From Octopus sinensis (Eukaryota): DNA of 64,000 nt. The position numbers and the translations under genes were made by a program. Below the pieces are notes generated by a model that was not told the origin of the DNA, searched no databases, and saw only the letters and a program-made list of their open reading frames with translations. Shown in pieces: positions 1 to 12,856 of the stretch (position 1 is its first letter; the number at the start of each line of letters is the position of its first letter). The stretch lies in the NCBI RefSeq assembly GCF_006345805.1, contig NC_042999.1:112220001-112284000 (forward strand), given 5' to 3'.

Positions 1-920
1 GTCTTTTATTCTTTATTATGGTATGTGTTTGGAGGATTTAGTTTTGTCTGGAATGTTTTCTCAGTAATGGTATGTTTTGAATAAGAAGTTGTGAGCCTCA
101 TTGTTTGGGGTATTGTAGATGGAGATATATGGTAGGGCATTCAATTCCGATTTATTTATTCATTTTGTTTGTCTTTGTTCATGAATACTGAATTTCTTGG
201 CTCTTGTATTCCATAATCAATTAAGGATAGTAAGTTATTCCTGCCAATGAATGTATCCTTCAGTTCTTGGAGTCTTGTGTCATGGATGTTTGTATCGGAT
301 ACTATTGCACAAATCATTTTAGCTATGTTATAAGGAACATTAATTCTGGTGTGTTTCAGATGAAATGAAATGAATGAAAACCGGACATTTACTATCAACA
401 TACGGAGGTTAATATTAAATGCCCGTCTCTATTTGATTGTTAACTTTATAAGGATGTCTAAAACAGGAGTTGGTTATGGCTATATTCCATGGGGAAATGA
501 ATATTTTTATTAATTCTATTGAGGTGTATTGCAATTTTTTTTCTTTATGCATTCATTCTATAGAACGAAACAATCGTCGAGGTACCTTTCCTAGATTTCT
601 TGTATGTACATAGAGAAAGTTTTCATATTTCCCTAGTGTTTTCTTTTTTGGTTTAGCATAACGTAATTTCTAGGTAACCAAAACTAGATTCGCGAAGGAG
701 GAGGTTGTTTTAGTCCTCATAGACCCAGATTTTTCCTCGAAAATGTTGTCATTGAATATAAAGTAATTATTTTCTAGAATAATTTTTAGTCTTATTATAA
801 ATTCTATTTTTATGCAATGGAGCAGTTCACCTGTATAATTATCCAACCAAAGTTTATTGGCTATCGAAATAGGAAGCTGCTTAGCTAAAAATATAAATAC
901 AGTCTTGCTTTTTTCCATGA
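1..920 (-). mobile_element. Decayed Penelope-like element, RT region
   Basis: Minus-strand translation gives R-Y-L-D-D-C-F (YLDD at 573-584), a degenerate M(R)TKT(T)SSFANL motif (ORF 670-918) and thumb-like KHTRINVPYNIAKMICAIVSD (ORF 156-401). Several stops and frameshifts; runs off the left edge. Confidence 0.85.
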
Positions 921-989
921 TAAAGTTCTCAAATAATTCTCTTCTTTTTAGTTTTAGTTTTCAATATAAATACTTTCGTACAAAATCTC

Positions 990-1290
990 TTAACCTTATA
1001 CATACCATACATACATACATACATACATACACATATATATACATATATCTACACACATATATATATATATAAATATATATGTATTATATGTGTATATACA
1101 CACATACACACATACAAACATCTATACATACACACATGCATACACAATACATACATGCACACACAATACATACATGCACACACACATACACACATACACA
1201 TTCACGCATACACACATACATACACACAGGTGTCTTTCCCATCCTGCAAGCAATTGCCTCTTTCTCTCTCTCTCTCTCTCCTCCCTCCCT
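990..1290. repeat. Compound microsatellite (TACA)n/(TA)n/(CA)n/(TC)n
   Basis: Directly visible; accounts for the His/Thr/Ile/Tyr ORFs here. Confidence 0.95.
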
Positions 1291-1379
1291 GTTATTCCAG
1301 TAGTAGTGAACATTCATACCGAATGGGAAGGGAATCCACTATAACCAGTCTCGAGTGGGAATCATCATATCTCCCATCT

Positions 1380-1600
1380 TTTCTCCATGTAATCGTGTAA
1401 AAGTTACTCCTTAACTATTCCTAGGATGCATGCCAATGACTGGCTCTTCTTCAGAAAACAATAAGATACTTCAGTCTTCAACAATAATTGATTACAAAGC
1501 TCAGGTAAAACCTACAATGGAGTATTGCTTTCAGGTGTGAGATGGAGATACTGCAGAAAATACAAACATCTCACAAAAGTGCTACCCATCTGATTTGTAT
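1380..1600 (+). mobile_element. LINE (CR1/L2/Jockey group) RT C-terminal fragment
   Basis: Translation near 1494-1540 reads YKAQVKPTMEYCFQV*DG, a decayed YKAQ(I/V)RPxMEYCSHIW motif. Confidence 0.6.
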
Positions 1601-2039
1601 AAAATCAATCTCATGTATGATCCAATCTCCATCATCAATTACAGTTACTGTCATCACCATCACTATCACTGCTATCACCATAATCATCACCATCGCCTCT
1701 ACTGTAACAATTACCATCATTACCACCACCAGCGCCAACACCGCCGCAACAAAGACAACAGCAGTAGTTACCATAATCGTCATCACCATCACCATCGCAA
1801 CCAACACAGTTACCAGAAGTCCACTAGTGCCATAACTGAGCTATTTCCCTAGAGTCTATGAAGTTCTTGTAGGCCAGTGACGCTGATGCCATTCCCTTCG
1901 CTAGGTGACTAAGGAAATTAGAGATGCCCTAATTTTAAAGCTTAGAGGAATTCCCAACCATTTTTAGAGGTGTCTGTAAATTTGTCTCTCTACTTCTATA
2001 CTTATCATAGGAACCTCATACAGTCGACAACGAAAGTGG

Positions 2040-2880
2040 CTCATGTCCATTGCCTCAGAAATTGTCCAAATCTGTAGGGCCATACTTTAATCTGAATTCA
2101 ACTTGACAAGTCTATAGGAAAGGTCACTGTAACTGTGGCTATTAATATACTTCTTGAATAATTGCTTCGTAATTCTTACAAGAGAAATATGAACAACGAA
2201 AAGATTCCAGAGAGCCAACATTCTGGGAAGGAAGAACTGGGTATAGTGTGGGAGCTGCATAGTTAAACAAAGAAGAATCTTTAAAGAAAGAGATGCGAGT
2301 GAGACTGAAGTACCTGTAAGGAAGGGAAATGAGTCCAACCAGTTCCGAGGAACAGAGACCACTACGATACTGATGGAGGAGACAGAGATCCACGTGAGTG
2401 ATTTTACGTAAGTGAATGATTTCCGTCAGTCAATTAGATGGTTCTTTTCTGGATGTTGTCTAGGATGTCTGTGTGTCCAGCAGAACTGTCACAGATATGA
2501 GAGCAATAGTTCATGGTGGGTCTCAACTGGGCTTTGTAGAGGATTGGTAAATTTTGAAAACTGGAGTGTCTTTTGACTTTGAAAAGAGTTAACCGTTGGG
2601 ATGCGGTCGAAGCAGTGTCAAGGATGTATTTTTGTCAGAATAAATCTTCTGTGAAAATGAAGTCCAACTTTCTGAGCAATTGCAAGGGCTTCACCGATAC
2701 AAGAGGTTTCAGATGGGTAGAGCCCGTACGAGAACAATTTCGATAGTAAATTTGCATGCCAGGCACGGTCGAAAGCTTTGCTGATGTCGAAGACAAAGAT
2801 ATTACTTTAACCAAATTTCTCCAATGCGAGAGCACATAGTAAGTGACACAAGGGACACACAAACCTGAAGTAGAAGTGCA
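2040..2880 (-). mobile_element. LINE (CR1/L2/Jockey group) 3' fragment, same family as 1380-1600, opposite orientation
   Basis: Minus strand reads LDFIFTEDLF*QKYI...LPILYKAQLRPTMNYCSHI* and YTQFFLPRMLALWN (FFPRTxxLWN-type terminal motif). Confidence 0.75.
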
Positions 2881-3015
2881 GCAGAGAAGTTATGCTGTTG
2901 GAGAGGTTTCGAATGTCGATGAAAGGACTTTGAAAAACCTAGTTGCTTGTTTGGCCGACAGAACGATTAATCAAACAATCAATCAGGTAATTAATTAAAT
3001 GGTTAACCAATAAAC

Positions 3016-3073
3016 AAATGAAGAAGTGAAACAGATCCAGTGCATGTGTGTATTATTGGCATAATAACCTTCC
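3016..3073 (+). repeat. Core of an unclassified dispersed repeat, inverted partner at about 15315-15375
   Basis: aatgaagaagtgaaacagatccagtgcatgtgtgtattattggcataataaccttcc aligns by eye with the reverse complement of 15315-15375; weaker similarity extends upstream. Confidence 0.45.
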
Positions 3074-3219
3074 CGAGATACAACAGTAAATGTATATATG
3101 TATATTATCTGTTAATTGTCCATCAGTCAGAAAAACAAGCATACACGATACAGTATAGAGCGGGAATACTTTTATATCGTCAATTAATATACTACTGGCT
3201 ATGGCATATAACTGGTCGG

Positions 3220-3452
3220 AGTAGTGAGCTGGCAGAAACGTTAGCACGCCGGGCGAAATGCGTAGCCGTATTTCGTCTGTCGTTACGTTCTGAGTTCAAA
3301 TTCCGCCGAGGTCGACTTTGCCTTTCATCCTTTCGGTGTCGATAAATTAAGTACCAGTTACACACTGGGGTCAATGTAATCGACTTAATCCGTTTGTCTG
3401 TCCTTGTTTGTCTCCTCTGTGTTTAGCCCCTTGTGGGTAGTAAAGAAATAGG
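3220..3452 (+). mobile_element. tRNA-type SINE, family 1
   Basis: gagctggcagaaacgttagcacgccgggcg head, B-box-like gagttcaaattcc, tail ending ccttgtgggtagtaaagaaatagg; more than 15 related copies in the window. Confidence 0.9.
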
Positions 3453-3624
3453 TTTTACTCCGAATATCACCACTAGACAATATTGACAACTCTTCAGACG
3501 TGCTTGCCGGAAGAGCATAGTTTCTTCTATGAGAGTATAGAATGATTTAGTGGTGACAAAAGTTTGAACTGGAAGCATTGGAAGTACCATTGCAGTATAG
3601 TTAAGAAGATTACTTTTCAACCTT

Positions 3625-3746
3625 ATGGTCTCATTGCGTCGTACCTTGGGTGTCTTCTACTATAGCCCCGGACCGTCTAATGCCTTTAAATTTGGAAGAT
3701 GGAATCCGAAAGAAGCTGTCGTATATATGTATATATGTGTGTGTGT

Positions 3747-3792
<46 letters not shown>

Positions 3793-4095
3793 TGTGTGTG
3801 TGTGTTGTGTGTGTGTGTGTGTGTTGTGTGTGTGTGTGTGGTGTGTGTGTGTGTGTGTGAATGTGTTTGTATGAGCGAATTATTGTTTCCTTGTCTCGAC
3901 ATTCCATGATTGTTGTAAACGAGTGTCACCGCCGTGAAAACGGTGCCTAGTGATTCAAGTCTTGCCATTGAGAAAACAGTAACTTCCTCAGAAACAGGCG
4001 AGGGTTAGCGACAGGACGGGTAAACGTCCCAACGAATTCCGTCTGATCCATACGAACATGGAAAAGTGGAAGTCAAAAAGATGACGATAATGATG
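3625..4095 (+). mobile_element. SINE family 2 (5'-eroded) with internal (TG)n and a (GAT)n-ending tail
   Basis: ccttgggtgtcttctactatagcc...gaaagaagctgtcgtatatatg body shared with other family-2 copies, (TG)n at 3737-3860, tail ...catggaaaagtggaagtcaaaaagatgacgataatgatg. Confidence 0.7.
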
Positions 4096-4167
4096 TGTGT
4101 TCATGTATGTGTCTTTGTACGTGCTTATATATTTATACACCAACACACATACACACGTTTGTGTATG

Positions 4168-4203
<36 letters not shown>

Positions 4204-5025
4204 TGTATGTATGTATGTGGAGATATAAATATATACATGTATATATATATATATGTATGTACGTATTTATGCAAGCATGTATTTATTTAATTTGAAAATA
4301 GTACGTATGTGTCTGCATGCACGTGTACACGTATGCATAAATACATCACCGTCTAAAAAAAGAATTAACTAGCACCAACACCACCACAATCACCATAAAA
4401 GAAGTTCAATTTTATAGAATCTTATATGATCTAAAATATATCGTAAAATTTTTTAATAAGAACTTATTGATTCAAAAACTATGAATTGTCTTAGAGGTGG
4501 TAAAAAACCCCTCTAGATTTATTTATAGAATACAATTGAAGTTATTTGATGTTCAATTAAATCATAGCAAAAAACATAGTGTTGTAGTTTGTGTTTGTGT
4601 TTTTCATTGTTACTTTTGTTGAATTATTATTATTATTATTATTATTTGTTGTTGTTGTTGCTTATATCAAAGAGAAGCCCACTATTATATGCGATGTTTA
4701 TATTTTTGTAGGAAAAACTTACCTTCTATACCTGTCCAGACAGACACACAAAAACACTTAGCAAAACATATGCACACACGCACCACCACCCCATTCACAT
4801 ACACACATGTACGCACACATATGCACACATATACACACAAGGACTACACACATGCTCGCACGCACATACATACACATGCAAACATACATACTTTTCTGTT
4901 TACTTTTTAAAACGAAATTACCAAAACAGAAAATAACAAAAACACATACATGTATGCATGTGAGAGTGTATGTGTATGCATAGCATTCATGTCACATATA
5001 TATATTACACACAAGCACACACATT

Positions 5026-5067
<42 letters not shown>

Positions 5068-5553
5068 TATATATATAGTGAGGGATAGTATATGTGTGCG
5101 TGCAGTTACATAAATAGCTATGTGCGCATATAGGTGTTTATCTCTGTATGTGTGGCAGTGGGGTTGCATGACTCACAGAAATGGGAACATGAACATGTAA
5201 ATACACATTTTATTTAGTTATAAATGGAAGCATACACCTTTTTATACACTTGTTTACATTTTCTCCTTCACATGCATACATACATGGACTCATGTTCATC
5301 TACACACATCCATGTGTTTCTATGTTTTTCAAAATACTTGTATCTATATGTGACGTGTGTGTTGGTGTTTCCGTCTAAGTGTGAATATAATATGCACAGA
5401 TGTGTAGTGGGGATGTACATGTGTTCTGTATAGGAAAGCAGGTGGTTAGGTTTTTGTGAATATTTATTTTGCTATGAATATACTTATTCTTTATGGATTA
5501 AAGATCCTGCTTTCACTTTCAACATACTTCTTTTCTTCATGATATATCTGTGC

Positions 5554-5600
<47 letters not shown>

Positions 5601-5667
5601 ATGGGGGGGGGGCACATGTAGGTATGTGGCTTGTGTTTGTGTATGGGCGTGTGCATGTATATATTAC

Positions 5668-5711
<44 letters not shown>

Positions 5712-5723
5712 TATATATGTGTT

Positions 5724-5763
<40 letters not shown>

Positions 5764-5848
5764 ACATACTATACTTACATTTATATATATATATATACAT
5801 ATACTTAAATATATATCTTAATCTTGTGATATATATAGTATATATATA

Positions 5849-5880
<32 letters not shown>

Positions 5881-6779
5881 TATAGAATCGTATATATATT
5901 ATGATATATATTATAATCGTGTATATATATACGATTCTATAAATTTTTATTTCTCCTTTTGCGGTGGTTGTGGTGGTGGTGGTGGTGATAGTGATAGTGG
6001 TAGTGAAGGTGCTGGAACTGGTTAATTCTTAACCAAGGTGCTGATGTACACATACATAGATGCATACATTCATACAAATATGTATACATCCGTGAACATA
6101 AGCATCCACACATATATGCATGCATACTTATATACATACATGCTTGTATACATACCGACATTAGTACATGCATACATGAATAATCGTATCTATTTACATG
6201 TTTTTAAATGTTGCAAACCATTGAAATAAATCATTGAACAACAGACGCCCTTTTAAAAACCATTCACTTTGTGTTTTCAAGCTATCAAAAATAGTTTGCC
6301 TCACCTGAATATTTTGGGGGTTTTTTTTTACTGTTTCTCTCTTTAAATCTTTCTTGTATTTTATTTGTGTAAATTAGTCAAACTAAAAAGAAAAAATATA
6401 TAACAAAAAGCAAGAAGCAAGAAATATAAAAAAGAGCTTAGTAACATATTTGTATACTCTAAATTTAAACTTTCATAAAACCCTTATATATGTGTGTATG
6501 TGTGTGTGTGTGTGTGTGTTTGTATCATATATTGATATATGCATATATACATATATGTTCATACCTACATATATATATGTATGTATATATACATGCATAT
6601 ATGGGTACAGGACATCAAGAAAACATGAACAAATGAGAAACGAGAACATGAAAAAACAAAAACATAGAAAACGAACCTTCTTTCGAGCAACCAAAGAAAC
6701 AAATAGAAAAACGAGACAGGTAACATAACGAACATTCCCTTTATCAGTTGTCCCCTGTGGTATCTACTCCATGTTTCGA

Positions 6780-6824
<45 letters not shown>

Positions 6825-7088
6825 CTTTACATTATGGTCATTTAATCTTCTACTGGTTCTAACCCAATGAACTATGAATACACCAGAGCACTGAATAATA
6901 ATAATGAATTCTTTAATTTGCCATCAGGGCGAAGGAAGTGGAGGACAACAATACAAAGCCAGAAATAAAGCGTGGATGTCTACATATAATGTAATGAAAT
7001 TATAAAAGTGTGTGTGTGTGTGTGGTGCATTACACACTCACACACACACATTATATATTATATATAAGTGCATTTCGTTAGGGACATA

Positions 7089-8157
7089 TCTCTCTATATA
7101 TATAAACGGCAGTTTGTCTGTCTGTGTGTCTGTGTGTCTGTCTGTGTGTCTGTGTGTCTGTCAGGTTGTACCCTCACTCTGACCACGGCTTTCAACCGAT
7201 TCTGATGAAACTTGACACACACATAGCCCAATGTCATAATTCAAAACTAACGCAGCGAAAATTTTGAAAAGTTCCCCCAGTTCTGAAAAAGATCGATAAA
7301 TTCGACATGGGGTCGAGAATCTAAGCTTTTTAAATGCAACACATTTTCTGTTGAAGTTTTCGCAACTTGCAATCGATTTTCACCAAACTCATGGTGAAGC
7401 TTAATATTACGCTAAGAAACTTAATTCTGACGTTAGTTTTTAAAATTCACAGCGAGCATCATGTCTGCTCCAAGGAGCTATATGGCCCTTTTTATTCCAA
7501 TAGGATACATTATTACTGGAAAAAATCGGTTAATTAAATCATATGTGGCACACATAGCAAACCGATTTGTGTATTAAACACAAAACCACAGACTGTCTAG
7601 GGGACGCAACTCGACCTTTTTAACTCTCGGAACACGTGGGGTAAGTATCCCAAAATGTATAAAAATGTACAAAAACGGTAAAAAAGCTAGCAGCAATGTG
7701 AGTGACAACAACGAAAAAGTCAAAAGTGACCAAACTGAACAAACGAATGGAAAAGGTTTTTTGGTGCACACGACAAAAGCGGTTTATAATAAACCAAGAG
7801 TTTGCAAGTTGCGTCCGAGGACCCTTAGGGTACGTCAAAAATTTAAGGTAAAACGTTTGGGGTGGTAGTTATAGAGAAAGTTTAAACAAAAAAGTATTCG
7901 AATAACTTGCGGCTGCAGCAGCAGCTATTAGCAGAAGTGGCGGTGTTGGGGGTAAAGTCTCGAATGTAATTTCTTCCTGGTAGGAATTGGTTGGGTTGAA
8001 TTATCGATAGCTGTTTGATAGTTATTTGGGAGTGAAGAGAAGACATTGCAACCTACACATGCGCCTTCGTTCCCTAGAGGGATAGGACTAGATTGGGATT
8101 AGTCGTTGCCTACTAGGGGCTCTTACGTACCCGGGCAACGCCGGGCTATGCTGCTAG
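7089..8157 (+). mobile_element. Complete non-autonomous Helitron
   Basis: 5' TC at 7089-7090 after A, followed by tctctatatatataaa...gtttgtctgtctg; 3' hairpin cccgg-gcaacg-ccggg (8130-8145) and CTAG at 8154-8157 followed by T. A|T insertion with no TSD. Confidence 0.85.
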
Positions 8158-8469
8158 TTAGAGTATAAAATAGAGCTTGTTCACAATTAGAATTACCAAA
8201 TAGCCGGTTGGATGTGTTAGCATCAAAGCCAAAGATTTGCTTACGGGGACTGCGATTATATATCAGCTGAGGAGATACAACTGGATCCCATCATACAGGT
8301 AAACCGTTGCTTAATTTAAATCCTGTGTATATGTGGATCTATGTTGTATCCGAACGTATAGTGTTTATTAAATAGCTGTCTAAACGTACTCCTTCTGTTG
8401 ACTCTATTTATTCAATTTATATATATCGTCGCACTCGCCCACCACTAATTCTCTATATGATGGTTAAAG

Positions 8470-10320
8470 TGGATCATCCACCGAACTCTTGACTCGGGAC
8501 TGCAGCTCCGTCAAGGATACGAGCTGCAGAAAGATGTGCATCCCAAATGGAACTTATACGCATTCATCGTCTAGAAATCGTTGCCGGTTGAGCAACCTGA
8601 AGAAAGCTTTAGTCCCAACCTTCCCTATGATGTATCGCATAACGTCGGGGTTGTCGTGGATAGACCTCTTTGGGATCGCACAGCTTTGCACTTCCCCGAC
8701 CAGACTACCAAGACGAGCGCCAGCCTTTTCGCTAACCCCTTGGCCAAAATCTTAAACTTTGTGTTTAGCAGAGTTATGGGCTGAAAATTCCCTACTACGT
8801 CCCCATTGTCGGCGCCCTTCCTCAGCAGTGTTACCAACCCCAGCTAACAGCACTAAGAATTCTCCCGTTCTGCTACCAGTTACGATAGACATCTAACAAG
8901 AGACCGCCAAATAAACTTAGTAAGAAATCAAAGAATTCATACGGCAGCCCATCTAAACCGAGTATTTTGCGGCTTGTGCAAACGCCCATCACCTCCCGTG
9001 TTTCAGTGGCCGTTATCAGCTTTTCGGAGAACATCATGACCGCTGCCGAGAGTCGCGGCAGGCCGACAAGACATGAACTAAAGCGTTACTGTCAATCCAT
9101 TGCCCTCCCCCAAACAGCCGTACCGTGAATGTGTCGGCATTTTTGTTAGTGTAGGTGATGGATTGCAAACACGTAGATTTTCCTTGTCTTGTCTTTTGGC
9201 TTTTAGCTTTTTAGAGTTGTTCTTTCTTTTTTCTGCGACACAAGCTTTTTGTGACGGATTCAATTCCTCTTCGTCGCACAATAACATTTATAAATTCACA
9301 GTGTCAAGAGTAAATGGTATATTTGAATTGTTAGTTTGTACAGATAGTTGAGTACTGTTACCTTCCGCTACTACAATTGTAGGTGTCGTTGTAGTAGAAT
9401 TCTGCTGCTGAGGTTGTTGCTTCATAGATTGTTGTTGCTGCAGGTATTGTTGTTGCAACTTTTTGTAGTGTTTTTGTGGTGGTGGAGGTAACAGAGCAGA
9501 CATTTCTTTAGCTCCCTTTTATTGTTATTGGTGGACAGAGGACTTTTAAATGCGAGTTAAACCCTCGAGTGTGGAATCACAGTTTTCTGCCTTCCACCAC
9601 AATTTGGAGTTGTACTCCGTTTGGCAGCTCAATGAGGACGGGGATCTTCTCAAGAGATTCCGGTTTTTATCTGGATCAAAATCTCAACCCAATTCCAGGC
9701 CAGTTTTCCTTACGATATTTTTTAATATCCAGAAGCGCAACTGGACCTTCGACCACTACACACGCAACCACCACCAGATGCTTGATTCAGGTGGCACGTC
9801 TGAAATTTTCCTCTTCACCACACGCTGACCAAAGTATGTGAGAGGAGAAGGGGATCCTTGTGTTTGCACCGAGCCACTGAATGTTTTTCGAGCAGTGCTC
9901 CTTTGAATAACACTACTTCCACAGAACCACATAGCTTCCTCATGTGAGAAACACTATGTCTTTCAAGCACTTTCTGTACTTGGATGAGTGATACACTGAA
10001 AATTTTCAGTTCTTTAGCGACACACGTCTGTAAACAGTGGTTGTTATGGCAGTCTTTTCTATCAAATCTGAAAGGATAGCAAGCTTAGTTTTTCTATCCT
10101 TTTATTATGGAGTTATCTCTTGCAGGTATGTGTGCTTTACTTCCAAGCAGATTTGATCCTGCAAGGGACTTGTTTTTATTGCTGTTGACACTATTGTTGT
10201 TGTTGTTGTCGTTGTCGTTGCTATTACTGTTCTTGTCGTTGCTGGTGTTTGTCGAAGCCAAAGCAAAGCTGTCGCTAATGACGATGTTCATGCTAGTGAC
10301 CGAAGTAACCGGCTACCTGA
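8470..10320 (-). mobile_element. Internally deleted L1/Tx1-clade LINE (ORF1 remnant plus RT N-terminal remnant)
   Basis: 8470-9050 reads GLDGLPYEFF...DVYRNW*QNGRI...VTLLRK...NFQPITLLNTKFKILAKGLAKRL. 9540-10100 reads TYFGQRVVK...ISDVPPE...EKIPVLIELPNGVQLQIVVEGRK, consistent with a gag-like ORF1. No APE endonuclease between them. Confidence 0.75.
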
Positions 10321-10326
10321 TAACAC

Positions 10327-10416
10327 CTCGAAAAGAGCTGTTACATTACTTCACTGGTAGTGAACAGCTGACACTGTAGTACATCTGCAGTGTTAGAAGC
10401 TGAGCAAAGACAATAA
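10327..10416 (+). mobile_element. 3' UTR tip of R4-type LINE subfamily B
   Basis: 37-nt identity (ttcactggtagtgaacagctgacactgtagtacatct) with the 3' UTR of the element at 51396-53465; runs into (AAT)n. Confidence 0.8.

Positions 10417-10482
<66 letters not shown>
10417..10482. repeat. (AAT)n microsatellite between two R4-type fragments
   Basis: Directly visible. Confidence 0.95.
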
Positions 10483-10486
<4 letters not shown>

Positions 10487-10860
10487 GCTTTCTAATTGAT
10501 GTATCAATACCAGCGGATGACAACGTTTCTCTAAAAGAAATGGAGAAACTTTCAAAATACAAAAACCTGGAAATAGAGGTAACTCGAATGTGGAATCTAA
10601 AAACAGAAACAATTTCTATCATAGCAGGCGCATTAGGTATGATAAAAAATATTCAGACAAATACATAACAAAAACACCAGGACTTACAAATATATATAAC
10701 ATACAGAAAATTGCACTACTGAGCACTGCACACATCCTACGCAAAACGGTTTCAATACAGTAACCATAAGAGCATCACAACAAACCACAGCACGTACCCA
10801 AGGCACACACAGCTGCGCTCGGTCGTGAAGTGAAAACACGCTATAAAAATAAAACTACCG
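10483..10860 (+). mobile_element. 5'-truncated R4/Dong-type LINE, subfamily A (endonuclease C-terminus plus 3' UTR)
   Basis: Reads KCFLIDVSIPADDNVSLKEMEKLSKYKNLEIEVTRMWNLKTETI..., near-identical to the C-terminus of ORF 16856-17752; (AAT)n on both sides. Confidence 0.9.
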
Positions 10861-10889
10861 AATAATAATTATAATAATAATAATAATAA

Positions 10890-10920
<31 letters not shown>

Positions 10921-11199
10921 AATAAGAATAAGAATAATAAGAATAACAACAACAACAACAACAGCAGCAGCAGCAGCCGCAGCAACGGCAAAGAGATATG
11001 GAAAATACAAAGAAATATTAAACAGTGGGTTTAACAGTGTTGGGTAAACAGGTAATTTACAAAAGAATGATGGAAGGGGTAAAAACCGCTATAGCATATA
11101 TAATCTGATAAATTAATTTATAAAAGAAAATTTTTACATGGAAGTAAATAAAAAAGTGTGATAAAACAAGATATTTATATAAAACTTAAACTTCCACTT

Positions 11200-11495
11200 A
11201 CGTTGATCAGGGCACCCCATATTCCTGATCATGCTTCAATCATGTTACCCACTTGTATTATTCAAGGCTGGGGATTCTAAACATTTCTGTGAAGAGACCT
11301 TGTTTTATGCAGAGCAAGTGAGGGACCACTACTCCTGGATCATAGAACTTTTTTCTATTATTCTTATGCTGCTGAAAATATAAGCCCATTTCCTTCTCGG
11401 ATATTCTTTGTGTGATGTATAACCAATAAATCCTGGTTATGCATTACACTCAAAGAAACTAATTTCTAGTCATAGTCCTAAATAGAAAAGCGTCT
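11200..11495 (-). mobile_element. Possible very decayed Tc1-like transposase C-terminus
   Basis: Frameshifted fragments FYLGL*LEISFFE, LIF(Q)Q, KKFYDPGV and IWGAL in the order expected for Tc1; weak. Confidence 0.3.
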
Positions 11496-11500
11496 TATAG

Positions 11501-11678
11501 TGTTATCCATGATAGTCTTGACTCAACGTACGTTATTCCAAATGGCCGTTCTATCTCTTCCTTTCATGTCAAATGCGCATGCTCTTTATATCGAGGGAAG
11601 TCACTCGAATCCTGGCACAATTTGCATAACAGTTACAAATTGCTATTATAAATTGAACACCGTACAATTTGCATAACA
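11501..11678 (-). mobile_element. 3' LTR of the Ty3/Gypsy remnant
   Basis: TGTTAT...ATAACA terminal inverted repeat (11501-11506 and 11673-11678); purine tract taggagggagtgag directly upstream on the minus strand (11679-11692). Confidence 0.8.
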
Positions 11679-12039
11679 CTCACTCCCTCCTAGAAAGAGA
11701 AAGAAAGAAAAAATCATAGATAAGCCTTTCCAGGGCTTTCCGGATCCTTTGAGATCGACGTAGCTGAGGGGATTCTTCAGTTTGTTCTTGGTGGTAATCT
11801 CTAGGAGGCGAAGAAATTTCAGTTGACTCTCTGTTTGGCTCTTGAGGGACAAGTGTTTGAGTTAAGTTATCAGTTGAGTTAATCTTTCATGGTGATGCCA
11901 ATTGTTTTGTGGATACTGTGGTTTCGCGACCGTCTGGGTAACAGACGTGAGCGTATTGGGGGTTGGCTTCGATTAAATCAACTTGTTCCACAATAGGGTT
12001 ATACTTGTTAGTGCGATTGTTCCTTTGAACAAGCACAGG

Positions 12040-12564
12040 TCAAGAGTTAAGAAGCCATGTTGGCATAGACGTTCCTGTTGCTGAACGTCTTTGATAGTTA
12101 AAAAGACGTTCATGAGGAGTGGCGTTAGTGGACCTAGAAAATAGAGACCTAATTGAATGCAACGCGTCTAAAAGAACTGTTTCGCATGAAGATACTGGAA
12201 GGGCACGAGTTTTCAAAGAGAGTAGTACTGATTTCCAAATAATACCATTATATCTTTCTACTTGGCTGTTCCAGGTGAGATTGTATGGTGTCGTTCTACT
12301 CGTTGCAATGCCCTTACTGAGGAGCCATTCTCTCAATCTTGTAGACATAAAGGCAGTTCCATGATCGGAATGTACAGAACTAGACATACCAAAGACTGAG
12401 AACGAGTCTGTAAGACACTTTAGTACAGTCTGAGCCGATGTGTCAGCTACTGGATAACCAAACGGAAACCGAGAGTATTTGTCAATTATTGTTAGGAGAT
12501 AAGGATGCTTCATGGAAGGAATAGGACATTTGAAATCGATGGAAATTCGCTCGAAGGGCTGCAT
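12040..12564 (-). pseudogene. Ty3/Gypsy integrase core (decayed)
   Basis: PFERISIDF, LTIIDKYSRFPF, VHSDHGTAFMS, NSQVERYNGIIWK; the upstream zinc-binding region is disrupted. Confidence 0.92.
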
Positions 12565-12856
12565 GGCTTTAATTAAGTTAATTGAGTTTGGTTTATGATA
12601 TGTTTATGACATATAGAGCAATTCCTACATATTTGTTTCACGTTCTCTAACGAATATGGAAGATATCTACTGCGGACGAAATGATGAAGGATCGCACAGT
12701 GCTGCATGGCACAGTGCTGCATGTAACTCATAAAGGATGGCACAGTGCTGCATGTAACTCATAAAGTGAATGTGAAGTGATTGTTGAACGGCGTACCCTC
12801 GTGAATGCATCCAGAGCGAGGTTGCTGGATCCTGGGCTATAGTGAATATCATCAGA

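Noticed and set aside
6600-6780. Possible hammerhead on the minus strand (GAAAC...CTGATAA)
   Set aside because: The left box is non-canonical and I could not build stems I-III; probably a repeat relic.
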